Shown here in pieces: positions 9,621-17,567 of a stretch of DNA of 64,000 nucleotides. The DNA comes from Patescibacteria group bacterium (GTDB taxonomy: Bacteria > Patescibacteriota > Doudnabacteria > UBA920), in the NCBI GenBank assembly GCA_013387205.1, contig WARV01000009.1, positions 667 through 64,666 of the forward strand, given 5' to 3'. The notes below the pieces were generated by a model. The model worked only from the letters and a program-made list of their open reading frames with translations, searched no databases and was not told the origin of the DNA. Each line of letters begins with the position of its first letter. Position 1 is the stretch's first letter. The translations under genes and the position numbers were made by a program.

Positions 9621-9785
9621 TAGAAGTAATCTCGAAATCTCATTTTGGCTGCAATCCCAGAATTTTAGCCATTCGGCCAAAAATTTTTCTCAGCTTAGCT
9701 TCCAGCTAAACATCAAAAAATATTTTGCCCGACTGTCATAAAATTTTGGAATTTCGCCTGAAAAGCAGCTTTCGAAACTACTTCA
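9621..9785. repeat. MITE-like palindromic element copy A (termini TAGAAGTAATCTCGAAA / TTTCGAAACTACTTC)
   Basis: Shares the core CATTTTGGCTGCAAT(T/C)CCAGAATTT ... AAACATCAAAA ... GGAATTTCGCCTGAAAAGCAG with copies at 11.1, 13.9, 15.5, 24.5, 47.2, 59.0 and 59.5 kb. It is intergenic between the CDF and ferric-reductase genes. Confidence 0.8.
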
Positions 9786-11102
9786 AAGAGAAAAATTTTC
9801 AAAATGGATTTTATCCGGCAAAATGCCTGCTTTCAAGAAAGCATTAACCAGGCTCTCCATAAAACCTTTAGGGCCGCAGAGGTAGATGTCCCGTTGCTGG
9901 AAATCCGGCACCGCCTCTTTAATTTTATCCAAATCAATATGTCCATGCTTGAAGTTTGGGTTGGTCTCCTGGCTTAAAACATGGAATACGGGCAAGGAAG
10001 CGCTTTTGGACAAATTGTTTAACTCATCAAGGAATACGATGTCCTTGAAAGTTTTGTTTCCATAAATAAGCGCAGCCTTTTTGCCGTTTTTGGATATCTG
10101 TTCCGCCAGCGCCCTTATGGGAGTTATGCCAATGCCGCCGGCAATGAGCAAAATTTTATCGCTCTTGGAAAAGTTTTCAGTAAAGATTCCGTACGGGCCT
10201 TCTATTATTATTTTGGTGCCTGGCTTTAATAATTTTATCGTGGAAGTATAGTCGCCCACGTTTTTTATGGTAAGCCTTAAGGTTTGCCCGTTCGGAGCCG
10301 CTGACAGGGAAAAGGGATGGGCTTGCCACCAGAAACCTTTTTGCAGAAACCTGACAATCATGAATTGCCCGGCCTGTATCTTGAACTTCTCCATGTTTTT
10401 GCCGGAGATGTATACGGAAGTGACTTTTTCGTTTTCTGCCTTAACTTCTTTTACGTAAAACCTAAAATTTTTAAAATTCCAAAGAGGCAGAAAAATCCGG
10501 TAAAATGCCAGGCTTGCCAGGACAAAAGCGTACAGTAGGTACCAGTAATAAGTAAACAGGGCATTTCCCGCAAAGTCTCCGCCAAGACCCAGCTGGTGGC
10601 TAAAGGCCAAAGCAATGGCTAAATAAGTGAACAAGTGGGAAAAATACCACCATTCGTATTTGACTCTCGCTCTTACCAGGTAGAGCGAGTATCCCACGAC
10701 AAAAAGGAAAAGAAAGAGGCCTATAGCTGCCGCAAGTACGTCTTCGAAATTCCTGATGAAGTCCAAAATTTGGCTAAAAAACCCAAGGCCGGTATTAGCG
10801 GAATATCCCAAAGCCAAAAATATAGGATGGGCGATAATGAAGGTAATTAAGAATGTGCCGTTTAAGTGGTGGAGCCTTGATAGCCTGTCCAGGCCGAAAT
10901 TCTTTTCCAGCCATCCGGTCCTGCCAATCATCAGAAGCTGTAACAGCACAAAGAAGACACTTAAAAGGCCCATTAGCCTGCCAATAGCTAAAAAGGCGGA
11001 TGACATGCTAGTTCTAAACAGTATTCCCGAACCCTGCCACCAGAACCAGAAAATTATAAAAAGGTTAATGGCGAGAAACAAATAAAACCAATTTTTTCTC
11101 AT
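9783..11102 (-). CDS. ferric reductase-like transmembrane domain + FAD/NAD(P)-binding oxidoreductase
   Basis: N-terminal multi-TM region with His-rich helices. The C-terminal FNR-like module has HPFSLSAAP (FAD site) and LIAGGIGITP (NAD site). Confidence 0.75.
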   Translation of the reverse strand: MRKNWFYLFLAINLFIIFWFWWQGSGILFRTSMSSAFLAIGRLMGLLSVFFVLLQLLMIGRTGWLEKNFGLDRLSRLHHLNGTFLITFIIAHPIFLALGYSANTGLGFFSQILDFIRNFEDVLAAAIGLFLFLFVVGYSLYLVRARVKYEWWYFSHLFTYLAIALAFSHQLGLGGDFAGNALFTYYWYLLYAFVLASLAFYRIFLPLWNFKNFRFYVKEVKAENEKVTSVYISGKNMEKFKIQAGQFMIVRFLQKGFWWQAHPFSLSAAPNGQTLRLTIKNVGDYTSTIKLLKPGTKIIIEGPYGIFTENFSKSDKILLIAGGIGITPIRALAEQISKNGKKAALIYGNKTFKDIVFLDELNNLSKSASLPVFHVLSQETNPNFKHGHIDLDKIKEAVPDFQQRDIYLCGPKGFMESLVNAFLKAGILPDKIHFENFSL

Positions 11103-11122
11103 GGATTTTTTAAAAAATTTAC

Positions 11123-11290
11123 TTAGAACCTATACGAAAAATCCTTTATGCTGCAATTCCCAATTTTCAGACAAAACAGCATAAAAATTTGTTCCGCTTA
11201 GCCTTCGGCTAAACATCAAAATTTGTAATGCTGTTTTGTCTCGAAAATTGGGAATTTCGCTTATAAACTATTTTTCGTATAGGTTCTTAA
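11123..11290. repeat. MITE-like element copy B (termini TTAGAACCTATACGAAAAAT / ATTTTTCGTATAGGTTCTTAA)
   Basis: Same core as copy A but with the second terminus type, also seen at 47.2 kb. Its right terminus supplies the last 7 codons and the stop of the phosphoesterase gene. Confidence 0.8.
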
Positions 11291-12392
11291 ACGTCACAAC
11301 CACAATTTCCGAATTGGTGCCGACCCTTGAAACCGGCCCCCAGGTACCGACTCCGTCCGAAGTAAATACCAGCATCTTGCCGAAATACTTTAAGCCGTAG
11401 TCATAACCTTGGTAAATTTTATGTGTCAAATACATTAAAGGGAAGACCTGGGCACGGTGGGTGTGGCCGGAAATTTCCATGGATATTCCTGCTTGTTCGG
11501 CTACGTCCAAGTTAAACGGCGCGTGCTTAAGAAGTATGCTCGGCAAAGATTTGTTAAGGCCTATGCCAGCCAGGATTTTTTTATAATTTTCCCGTCCCGC
11601 GCTTTGGTGGTAATCAACGCCAATTATCTGCAAATTTTCAATGTTAACAAGGCGGTTATCCAAAACCGTTATGCCGGAATTTTTAACCGCTTTTATGAAT
11701 TTGCCATCCGTGGAAAATTCTTCGTGGTTGCCGCTGATAAAGTAACTTCCCATAGCAGGCTTAATGGCTGCTATCGGGGTAATGACTTTATTGGCATCTA
11801 TGGCCACGCCGTCATACAAGTCTCCGCCAATAAATAAAATATCCGGGTTTAAGGATTTGACTTTGTCAGCCAGCCTTTGGCTGTAAGAAATGTTCCTGAC
11901 CTGGCCTAAATGGATATCGCTTATCCAAACCGCGCGCCTGCCTTGCCATGAGGCTGGTAAGTTGGGCAAAGACACGGAAATTTCCGTGACCTTGAAAATG
12001 CTCGCGTGGATTAGGCCATAAATCCCTATTAGTAAACCTAAAGCCAAAACTGCCCTGCTTATTTGGATAACCGGAAAATTACCAGTCAGGATTCTTTCAA
12101 AAATTAAAATTATCGAAACTAAAATAGAAGCCAGGAACAAGAACCATAATATGCCCATCCAGGAGGCGGAAATAGTATATAAAATCCTGGTGAATAAATT
12201 GTTGAAGCGGAAGGCAAACAGGGAAGCCAGCAGGAAACTGACTGACAAAATTGCCATGGTGATTTTAAATGGCAAAAGTAGTCCTGCGCCTTCCAGGTTA
12301 AACAGCCTGGTTACGGTTTTATAAACTACCCAATGCCCGAAAAGTATAACAGCCTGGACAATTGAGATAAAAGTAATAATTTGGTAAGACAT
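11268..12392 (-). CDS. membrane-anchored metallophosphoesterase (calcineurin-like)
   Basis: Four N-terminal TM helices, then the motifs DIHLG, GGDLYDG, GNHE and GHTHR. Confidence 0.8.
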   Translation of the reverse strand: MSYQIITFISIVQAVILFGHWVVYKTVTRLFNLEGAGLLLPFKITMAILSVSFLLASLFAFRFNNLFTRILYTISASWMGILWFLFLASILVSIILIFERILTGNFPVIQISRAVLALGLLIGIYGLIHASIFKVTEISVSLPNLPASWQGRRAVWISDIHLGQVRNISYSQRLADKVKSLNPDILFIGGDLYDGVAIDANKVITPIAAIKPAMGSYFISGNHEEFSTDGKFIKAVKNSGITVLDNRLVNIENLQIIGVDYHQSAGRENYKKILAGIGLNKSLPSILLKHAPFNLDVAEQAGISMEISGHTHRAQVFPLMYLTHKIYQGYDYGLKYFGKMLVFTSDGVGTWGPVSRVGTNSEIVVVTFKNLYEK

Positions 12393-12858
12393 ATCTTAAT
12401 TATAGCACTTTTTAACTTTTTGCGTGGTATACGCGTGGTGTAATAGAGGTAATCATTCGGGTGTTAAGATATGAAAAAAATTGGCCAATATTGGCTTTGC
12501 CGTGATATTTGTTCTGGGTTTGATGTTCAATTTGCTCGCCATGCCGCGGTTCGGCATGCAGTGGGATGAAGCTGTCCAGCAGCACCTGGCAAGAGCCAGC
12601 CTGTCTTTTGCCAAATCCGAAACTTCCCAAATCCAGCTGCTTAGGGATGATTTAACTTTTAATTGCACGGCTAATGCCAAGTACCTGATGTACTTTATAT
12701 CCATGAAGTTTATAAGTATGGCGAAAACGATCCCGCTTTTACAATCAACAGGATGGGATTGGACCTGCTATATGTTTTTAAATTGAAATAAAATAAATTC
12801 TTCCTAATTTGACGGCCGTCAAATTAGGAAGAATAAAAATAAAAAAATATCAAAAACA

Positions 12859-13494
12859 TCAGGGTGTTTGCAGAATTAGGGGACTGTCGTTCTTTGCGGA
12901 ATTTACCAGTGAGGATACCGGCCGCATTTGCATTAGTTCTCTGGGGAATGACGTTAGCATTTTTAAAAGATCATTTTTTTCAAAATCCGGATTAAGCCAG
13001 TCTTTCTCGCGGTTTAGCGGCAAAATTGCCGGCATGCGGTTATGGATTTTTGAAACCAAACTGTTCGGCTCAACCGTGATAATGGAAAAAGCCGGAGTTT
13101 TTTTATCGCTGCTTTCATCCCAAATGCCGGCGAATGCGAACAGTCCGTGAGTTTTTAACTCAAAGCGGTACGGGATTTTCTTTTGGCCTTGCTTTTCCCA
13201 TTCATAGAACCCGTCGCTTAAAATCAGGCAGCGCCGGTTTTGGAAATTATTTTTAAAAGTAGTTTTGGTTTCCAGGGTTTCTTTCCTGGTATTAATAAGC
13301 AGATTTTTACTCCAGGCGGGCTTAAGCCCCCATAAACCCATCTGGATTTGCTTCGGGGATGCGTTTAGGATTACCGGCAAAATTTGCGAGGGACGGGCAT
13401 TGAAGCGCGGGGCAAAAGGCAAAGCCGGCGCTTTGGCATTAAAGCGCTCGGATAGTATTTTATAATCAGACAATAATGAAAATGCTCCGCACAT
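12859..13494 (-). CDS. SOS response-associated peptidase (SRAP/YedK family, abasic-site processing)
   Basis: The N-terminal MCGAF has the catalytic Cys2. GFYEW and HNRMPAIL motifs are also present, and the size (211 aa) fits. Confidence 0.85.
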   Translation of the reverse strand: MCGAFSLLSDYKILSERFNAKAPALPFAPRFNARPSQILPVILNASPKQIQMGLWGLKPAWSKNLLINTRKETLETKTTFKNNFQNRRCLILSDGFYEWEKQGQKKIPYRFELKTHGLFAFAGIWDESSDKKTPAFSIITVEPNSLVSKIHNRMPAILPLNREKDWLNPDFEKNDLLKMLTSFPRELMQMRPVSSLVNSAKNDSPLILQTP

Positions 13495-13588
13495 AATTTG
13501 TTATATGCTAAAACGAAATTAAACCTTAAACCCCCGGCCACAGGCTGGGTTAAGATTTAGGTTTAAGGATTAATTGACGAGCCTTAGG

Positions 13589-13723
13589 CTAGGTGCCCCT
13601 TGGTCTGCCGCCTCCCCGGGAAGCGCGTCCTCCGGCGCTGGCAACCCTCCTGCGGACTTCAGGATCGGCAGAGGCCAGGCCTCTCTTGCTTTTGCCCTTT
13701 TCTTCGTTATAAGTTTTCATCAT
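13589..13723 (-). CDS. small KGG-repeat-like stress-induced protein (44 aa; not in ORF track)
   Basis: Translation MMKTYNEEKGKSKRGLASADPEVRRRVASAGGRASRGGGRPRGT resembles YciG/GsiB-type stress peptides. A strong SD (GGAGGTGAT) lies 8 nt upstream and a hairpin (13524-13570) lies downstream. Confidence 0.45.
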   Translation of the reverse strand: MMKTYNEEKGKSKRGLASADPEVRRRVASAGGRASRGGGRPRGT

Positions 13724-13857
13724 AAAATTAAATCACCTCCTAAATCGCCTTAATTTTTAGCGATGATTAAATGGACGTATCAGGGCCAAAGCATTTTTTC
13801 GGTTATTGCAAAAATGCAGTAATAAAAAGATTTTATCGTCTTTATGCGTATTAATTA

Positions 13858-14066
13858 TAGAAGTAGTCTTGAAAACCTCATTTTGGCTGCAATTCCAGAA
13901 TTACGGCTGCAAACTTTTCATCAAAACTCGTCGTAACCTTGTCAGTCTCTCATGGGGCCTTAAGGCCCCATGAGGCATGATTCCGGCTACACTTTCGTTT
14001 CTCTTCAAAGTTTTCGCTTAAAAATTCTGGAATATCGCCTGAAAAGCAGCTTTTCAAGGCTACTTC
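13858..14066. repeat. MITE-like element copy C with nested perfect hairpin (CTCATGGGGCC-TTAA-GGCCCCATGAG)
   Basis: TAGAAGTAGTCTTGAAAACCTCATTTTGGCTGCAATTCCAGAATT ... TTCTGGAATATCGCCTGAAAAGCAGCTTTTCAAGGCTACTTC. The inner palindrome spans 13948-13976. Confidence 0.8.
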
Positions 14067-14179
14067 GAAGTCAGGCCGCGGGCTTAAAAACGTCCATAGT
14101 TTTAGGACAAATATTTTAAAGCGCTGCTTTAAAAATGATAATTTCCTAACCACGCTTATTTAAAATTATTTTTTAAGAT

Positions 14180-14974
14180 ATGCATTTAAATTTATCAAAA
14201 ATCATTGCTTATTTCCTGCTTGCTGTGTTGGTTTTATCTGCGGCGCCTTTGCTTTTAAACCACGCCAGGCAGGCAAAAGCCGCTTCATTAAAGTACAAAA
14301 CTGCAGCGGTAGCCAAGGCCGGCGCCGCCAAATCCTCGGTTAAAATTCGGGGCTCCCTAAAAACAAAGAAGCCTCAAACAAATACGATAAAAGTTACAGC
14401 CGCCAGCACCGCTTCTACAACCACTAATCCAGCTGCTGAAAATAGCAATAGCGCATATCTGATTCTTTCTTCCTATTACATTTCGCCGGGGCAGTCGTTT
14501 AGCGTTTTTGGCAGGAGATTTTTGCCTAATGAAGAAGTGGAAGTGAGAATTGGCACAACGGCTAAAACCGTTAAAGCCGACAAGAACGGAGAATTTTCCG
14601 TAAATAACATTGGCACCGATCTTGGCAGCTTGAACAATGTGCTGCTTATTTCCGCTACTGGCAAAACCAGCGGGCAAGTAAATCCAATCACGCTCAAAGT
14701 CGGCAGCTTCTATCCTTTTGTCTCGCCCAGCAGCTATTATTTGCATAGCGGCGAAAGAGTTAGCTTTAACGGCATAAGGTTTGCGCCAGGCGAGCAGGTA
14801 TCCATTGAAAGCGGCAAACAGGTTTTGGCAACTGTCTCTGCCGATAGTTCCGGAAGCCTCACCACGCCGCAGTTTGACGTGCCTGGTGCCCTAGGAGATA
14901 AAACATATACCTTTACCGGACAGACCAGCAAGCTATCTTACCAAGTGAAAATTAAAATAGGACAAAAGCAATAA
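14180..14974 (+). CDS. secreted/anchored protein with two Ig-like repeats
   Basis: N-terminal TM/signal, an A/K/T-rich linker and two ~80-aa beta-rich repeats (SPGQSFSVFGRRF.. / SGERVSFNGIRF..). Confidence 0.5.
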   Translation: MHLNLSKIIAYFLLAVLVLSAAPLLLNHARQAKAASLKYKTAAVAKAGAAKSSVKIRGSLKTKKPQTNTIKVTAASTASTTTNPAAENSNSAYLILSSYYISPGQSFSVFGRRFLPNEEVEVRIGTTAKTVKADKNGEFSVNNIGTDLGSLNNVLLISATGKTSGQVNPITLKVGSFYPFVSPSSYYLHSGERVSFNGIRFAPGEQVSIESGKQVLATVSADSSGSLTTPQFDVPGALGDKTYTFTGQTSKLSYQVKIKIGQKQ

Positions 14975-15089
14975 AAAACCCCGCCCCGCCCTTTCTTTTA
15001 AAAGATAACTCATTGCTTATCCATCAATCAAAAATTGATAGTAAAGACAATGTGTTACTCTCAAAGGAAAGGGCGGGGCGGGATTAAAT

Positions 15090-15464
15090 TTACATCGCTT
15101 CCGGCTTTTGGTATTTCGCGATTGAGCCAGCGCTCCATCCGGCAAAGATCACGACCAGAACTCCTAATATCATGTTATTCCACAACGCGTTTGTGGTTGA
15201 AGAGAATCCTAAGAGGAAAGGGGAGAAGAATGTCCAGATTCCCAGAAGCACGTTAAGCCACCTGGTCCAAACCATCCTGGCATTCGCCATTCCTATGAGG
15301 GCGAGGATAAGCACCAATACACCGACAATTATGTCATTCCTGGTGGCGTTGCTGACAGAGGAAAATCTTATTATGTACGGTGAAATGATTAGCCAGATAC
15401 CGGCCAGAATGCTTAAGATACTCCCGGTCCTGGCGGCCCTATTGTTGTCTACAGTTGTTGCCAT
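15090..15464 (-). CDS. SPW-repeat membrane protein
   Basis: Four TM helices with repeated SP(Y/F) motifs (ISPYI, FSPFL). Start set at MATTVDN (15464), preceded by the SD AAAGGGGGTGAGAC. The longer track ORF would read into the MITE. Confidence 0.6.
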   Translation of the reverse strand: MATTVDNNRAARTGSILSILAGIWLIISPYIIRFSSVSNATRNDIIVGVLVLILALIGMANARMVWTRWLNVLLGIWTFFSPFLLGFSSTTNALWNNMILGVLVVIFAGWSAGSIAKYQKPEAM

Positions 15465-15484
15465 ATGTCTCACCCCCTTTCTAT

Positions 15485-15649
15485 TAGAGTTGGTCTCAAA
15501 ACCCCATTTTGGCTGCAAGTGCAAATTTTTGGCATCTTGCCAAAAAAAATTTTTCAGCTTAGCTCTAGCTAAACCTCAAAATTTATTTCCGCCAATCTGC
15601 TCAGAAATTTGCACTTTCGCCTGAAAAGCAGGTTTTGAGACCAACTCTA
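15485..15649. repeat. MITE-like element copy D (perfect 19-bp terminal IR TAGAGTTGGTCTCAAAACC)
   Basis: Third terminus type with the same internal core (CCCATTTTGGCTGCAAGTGCAAATTTTTGGC ... GCACTTTCGCCTGAAAAGCAGG). Confidence 0.85.
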
Positions 15650-15734
15650 GTTTGTCCCTATATTTGACGAGGGGCTTTTTGGTTAGTGACAAACAAAAAA
15701 AGGAGCAAGCGGGTACGCTGCTCCTTAGGGTTTT

Positions 15735-16121
15735 TCAGGATAGGCTGTCTAAAAACATCTTTAACGCTTCCGAAGATCCGGATTTTCCCAGGAAAGTGTC
15801 GAAATGTTCCTTAAAGTGCAAAACATCTTCTTCGCCAAATCCGGTATGCAATGCAATGGTAATGTTGAGCCCAGCGGACTTAATCCGTTTGCATATTTCC
15901 CAGCCATCATTGCAGCTCCGGTTTTTCCTGTTGTCCAGATTGCCGCCCACGATCGCGGCTGTAATGCCATGCGATATAAGGGAGTCTTTTTCTGCCAGTT
16001 TTCTCGCCTCCTCTAAAGTTCTCGCTTCCAAGGCCAGATTATGCTTGCCATACATGCCAATCATCCGCCTTAAGAATAAAATATTCAATTCGCAGTCTTC
16101 TGCCACCAGAATTTTAGCCAT
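15735..16121 (-). CDS. stand-alone response-regulator receiver-like domain protein
   Basis: MAKILVAEDCELN has the acidic pocket. About 128 aa with a CheY-like alternation of hydrophobic strands. The phospho-Asp position is uncertain. Confidence 0.45.
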   Translation of the reverse strand: MAKILVAEDCELNILFLRRMIGMYGKHNLALEARTLEEARKLAEKDSLISHGITAAIVGGNLDNRKNRSCNDGWEICKRIKSAGLNITIALHTGFGEEDVLHFKEHFDTFLGKSGSSEALKMFLDSLS

Positions 16122-16259
16122 CCTGATTCAAATCCTCCTCTTAAGATTTGTAGGAGGCATGGTAGCAAAATATAATTGTTGTTTCAAGGGCTTTGGCAGG
16201 AAAATATTTTTTTCTGCCATTGCAAGCCTAAAAAAGTAGGTTTTGGAACTACTTCCTAA

Positions 16260-16847
16260 TTATTGCTTTTTTTCTTCTTCCGGTTTTAGTTCTGGTTTCG
16301 GCCTGAAAAATATCACCAAAAGCAGCAGGCTGATGGACAGCGATGCCAGCCAACCCGCCAGGGCGATTAAGGTTATGCCGTTAATCCTGTTTTCGATTTC
16401 TTTTAAGGACCTGCCGACTAAAACATAGCCGGATCCGCTGCTGGAAGTATAATGGGTTATTACGGCCGCAATCCGCACGTCTTTTTTCGGCTGCCATGTT
16501 ACCCTGTATTCTCCGCGTTTTTTAGTGGTATCAAAAACTCCGGAAGGGGGAGTGGGCGCGTTGCCGTCCAGCTTGGCTGAAGTGGCTACGGATTTTCCGG
16601 ATTCGTCGAATACCATGATGAAAGGGGATAAAGATTGGGCCATGTCCGTGGAATCTGCCGGTACCAGGGAAGCAGGCGGTATTCCGGTACCCAAAACTTT
16701 AGCCGCGTCCTGGGCGACCTGGATTTGCGGGTCATTGGCGTCCATCCTTAAAATTTGCTGCCCGATCGTGTAGAAAGACCCGAAAATAAGTGTCAATACA
16801 GCCGCGCCAATTATCCAAATTTTTAAAGGTGTTTTGAAATTTTCCAT
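16260..16847 (-). CDS. hypothetical bitopic membrane protein
   Basis: Has an N-terminal and a C-terminal TM helix, with a periplasmic middle domain and a K/E-rich tail. Confidence 0.45.
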   Translation of the reverse strand: MENFKTPLKIWIIGAAVLTLIFGSFYTIGQQILRMDANDPQIQVAQDAAKVLGTGIPPASLVPADSTDMAQSLSPFIMVFDESGKSVATSAKLDGNAPTPPSGVFDTTKKRGEYRVTWQPKKDVRIAAVITHYTSSSGSGYVLVGRSLKEIENRINGITLIALAGWLASLSISLLLLVIFFRPKPELKPEEEKKQ

Positions 16848-17027
16848 AAAATATTTTTTTAATTTCGTTTAAATTCTAGCATACTAGCATATATGACGGT
16901 TTAACAATAACCCTCTTGAACCCTGGGGGTTTCATTTTTTTTGGCTTAAGGATATTGGTTTAAAGCGTGGCGCGGCATAAAACCGCGGTAAGCCTTAATT
17001 CAGCCAAGTTTTCTTTGTAACCCGGTA

Positions 17028-17075
17028 TTGACAAAATTAATTAGCTGCCTTATAATTAGGTAGCTAACTATAATA
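17028..17075 (+). promoter_or_regulatory. sigma-70-type promoter (TTGACA-17-TATAAT) overlapped by inverted repeat TTAGCTGCC..GGTAGCTAA (likely MarR operator)
   Basis: The -35 TTGACA at 17028, a 17-nt spacer and the -10 TATAAT at 17051, about 24 nt before the MarR start. A 9-bp imperfect inverted repeat straddles the -10. Confidence 0.55.
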
Positions 17076-17079
17076 ATTT

Positions 17080-17511
17080 ATGGAACATTTAACCCCCAAA
17101 TTAAAGCACTTGGTGTTTGCCATAAGCAAATCGATAAAAATGGATTTGGAACACAGGTTTGCCAAGGCAGAAGTGAAAATAACTCCTTTCCAGTTTGCTG
17201 TGCTAAAGCATATCAAGACAGGGCAGTTTACTGCCAATGGACTGGCCGGACACTTATCTATAAAGCCGCCGTCGCTAGTTCCAGTACTGGATGCTTTGTC
17301 CAAAGGCGGGTACATTGCCAAAAGCCATGACAAACTTGACCGCAGGAAAATCCATTTGTCCCTGACAGGGAAAGGCCAATACCTGCTTAACCACATCAGC
17401 TGCAGCGACCAGTCCGATTTGCTTTATCACGCCCTGCGCAAACTTGGCCAGAAAAAAGCCAGCAGTTTAATTGCCTTGCTTTCGGAACTGTCAGCCAATT
17501 TGGAAAAGTAA
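17080..17511 (+). CDS. MarR family transcriptional regulator
   Basis: Winged HTH with FQFAVLKHI, SKGGYIAKSHDKLDRRKIHLSLT (DRR wing), 143 aa. Confidence 0.85.
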   Translation: MEHLTPKLKHLVFAISKSIKMDLEHRFAKAEVKITPFQFAVLKHIKTGQFTANGLAGHLSIKPPSLVPVLDALSKGGYIAKSHDKLDRRKIHLSLTGKGQYLLNHISCSDQSDLLYHALRKLGQKKASSLIALLSELSANLEK

Positions 17512-17567
17512 CCATCATTAAAAATATCAGCTAGGGCAAAGCCAGCTGGCTTTGCCTGTAACATATC

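Noticed and set aside
12412-13150. ORFs 12412-12630(-), 12453-12704(-), 12481-12786(+) and 12809-13150(+)
   Set aside because: They are mutually overlapping short ORFs in an AT-rich spacer and over the SRAP gene, with no domain signals.
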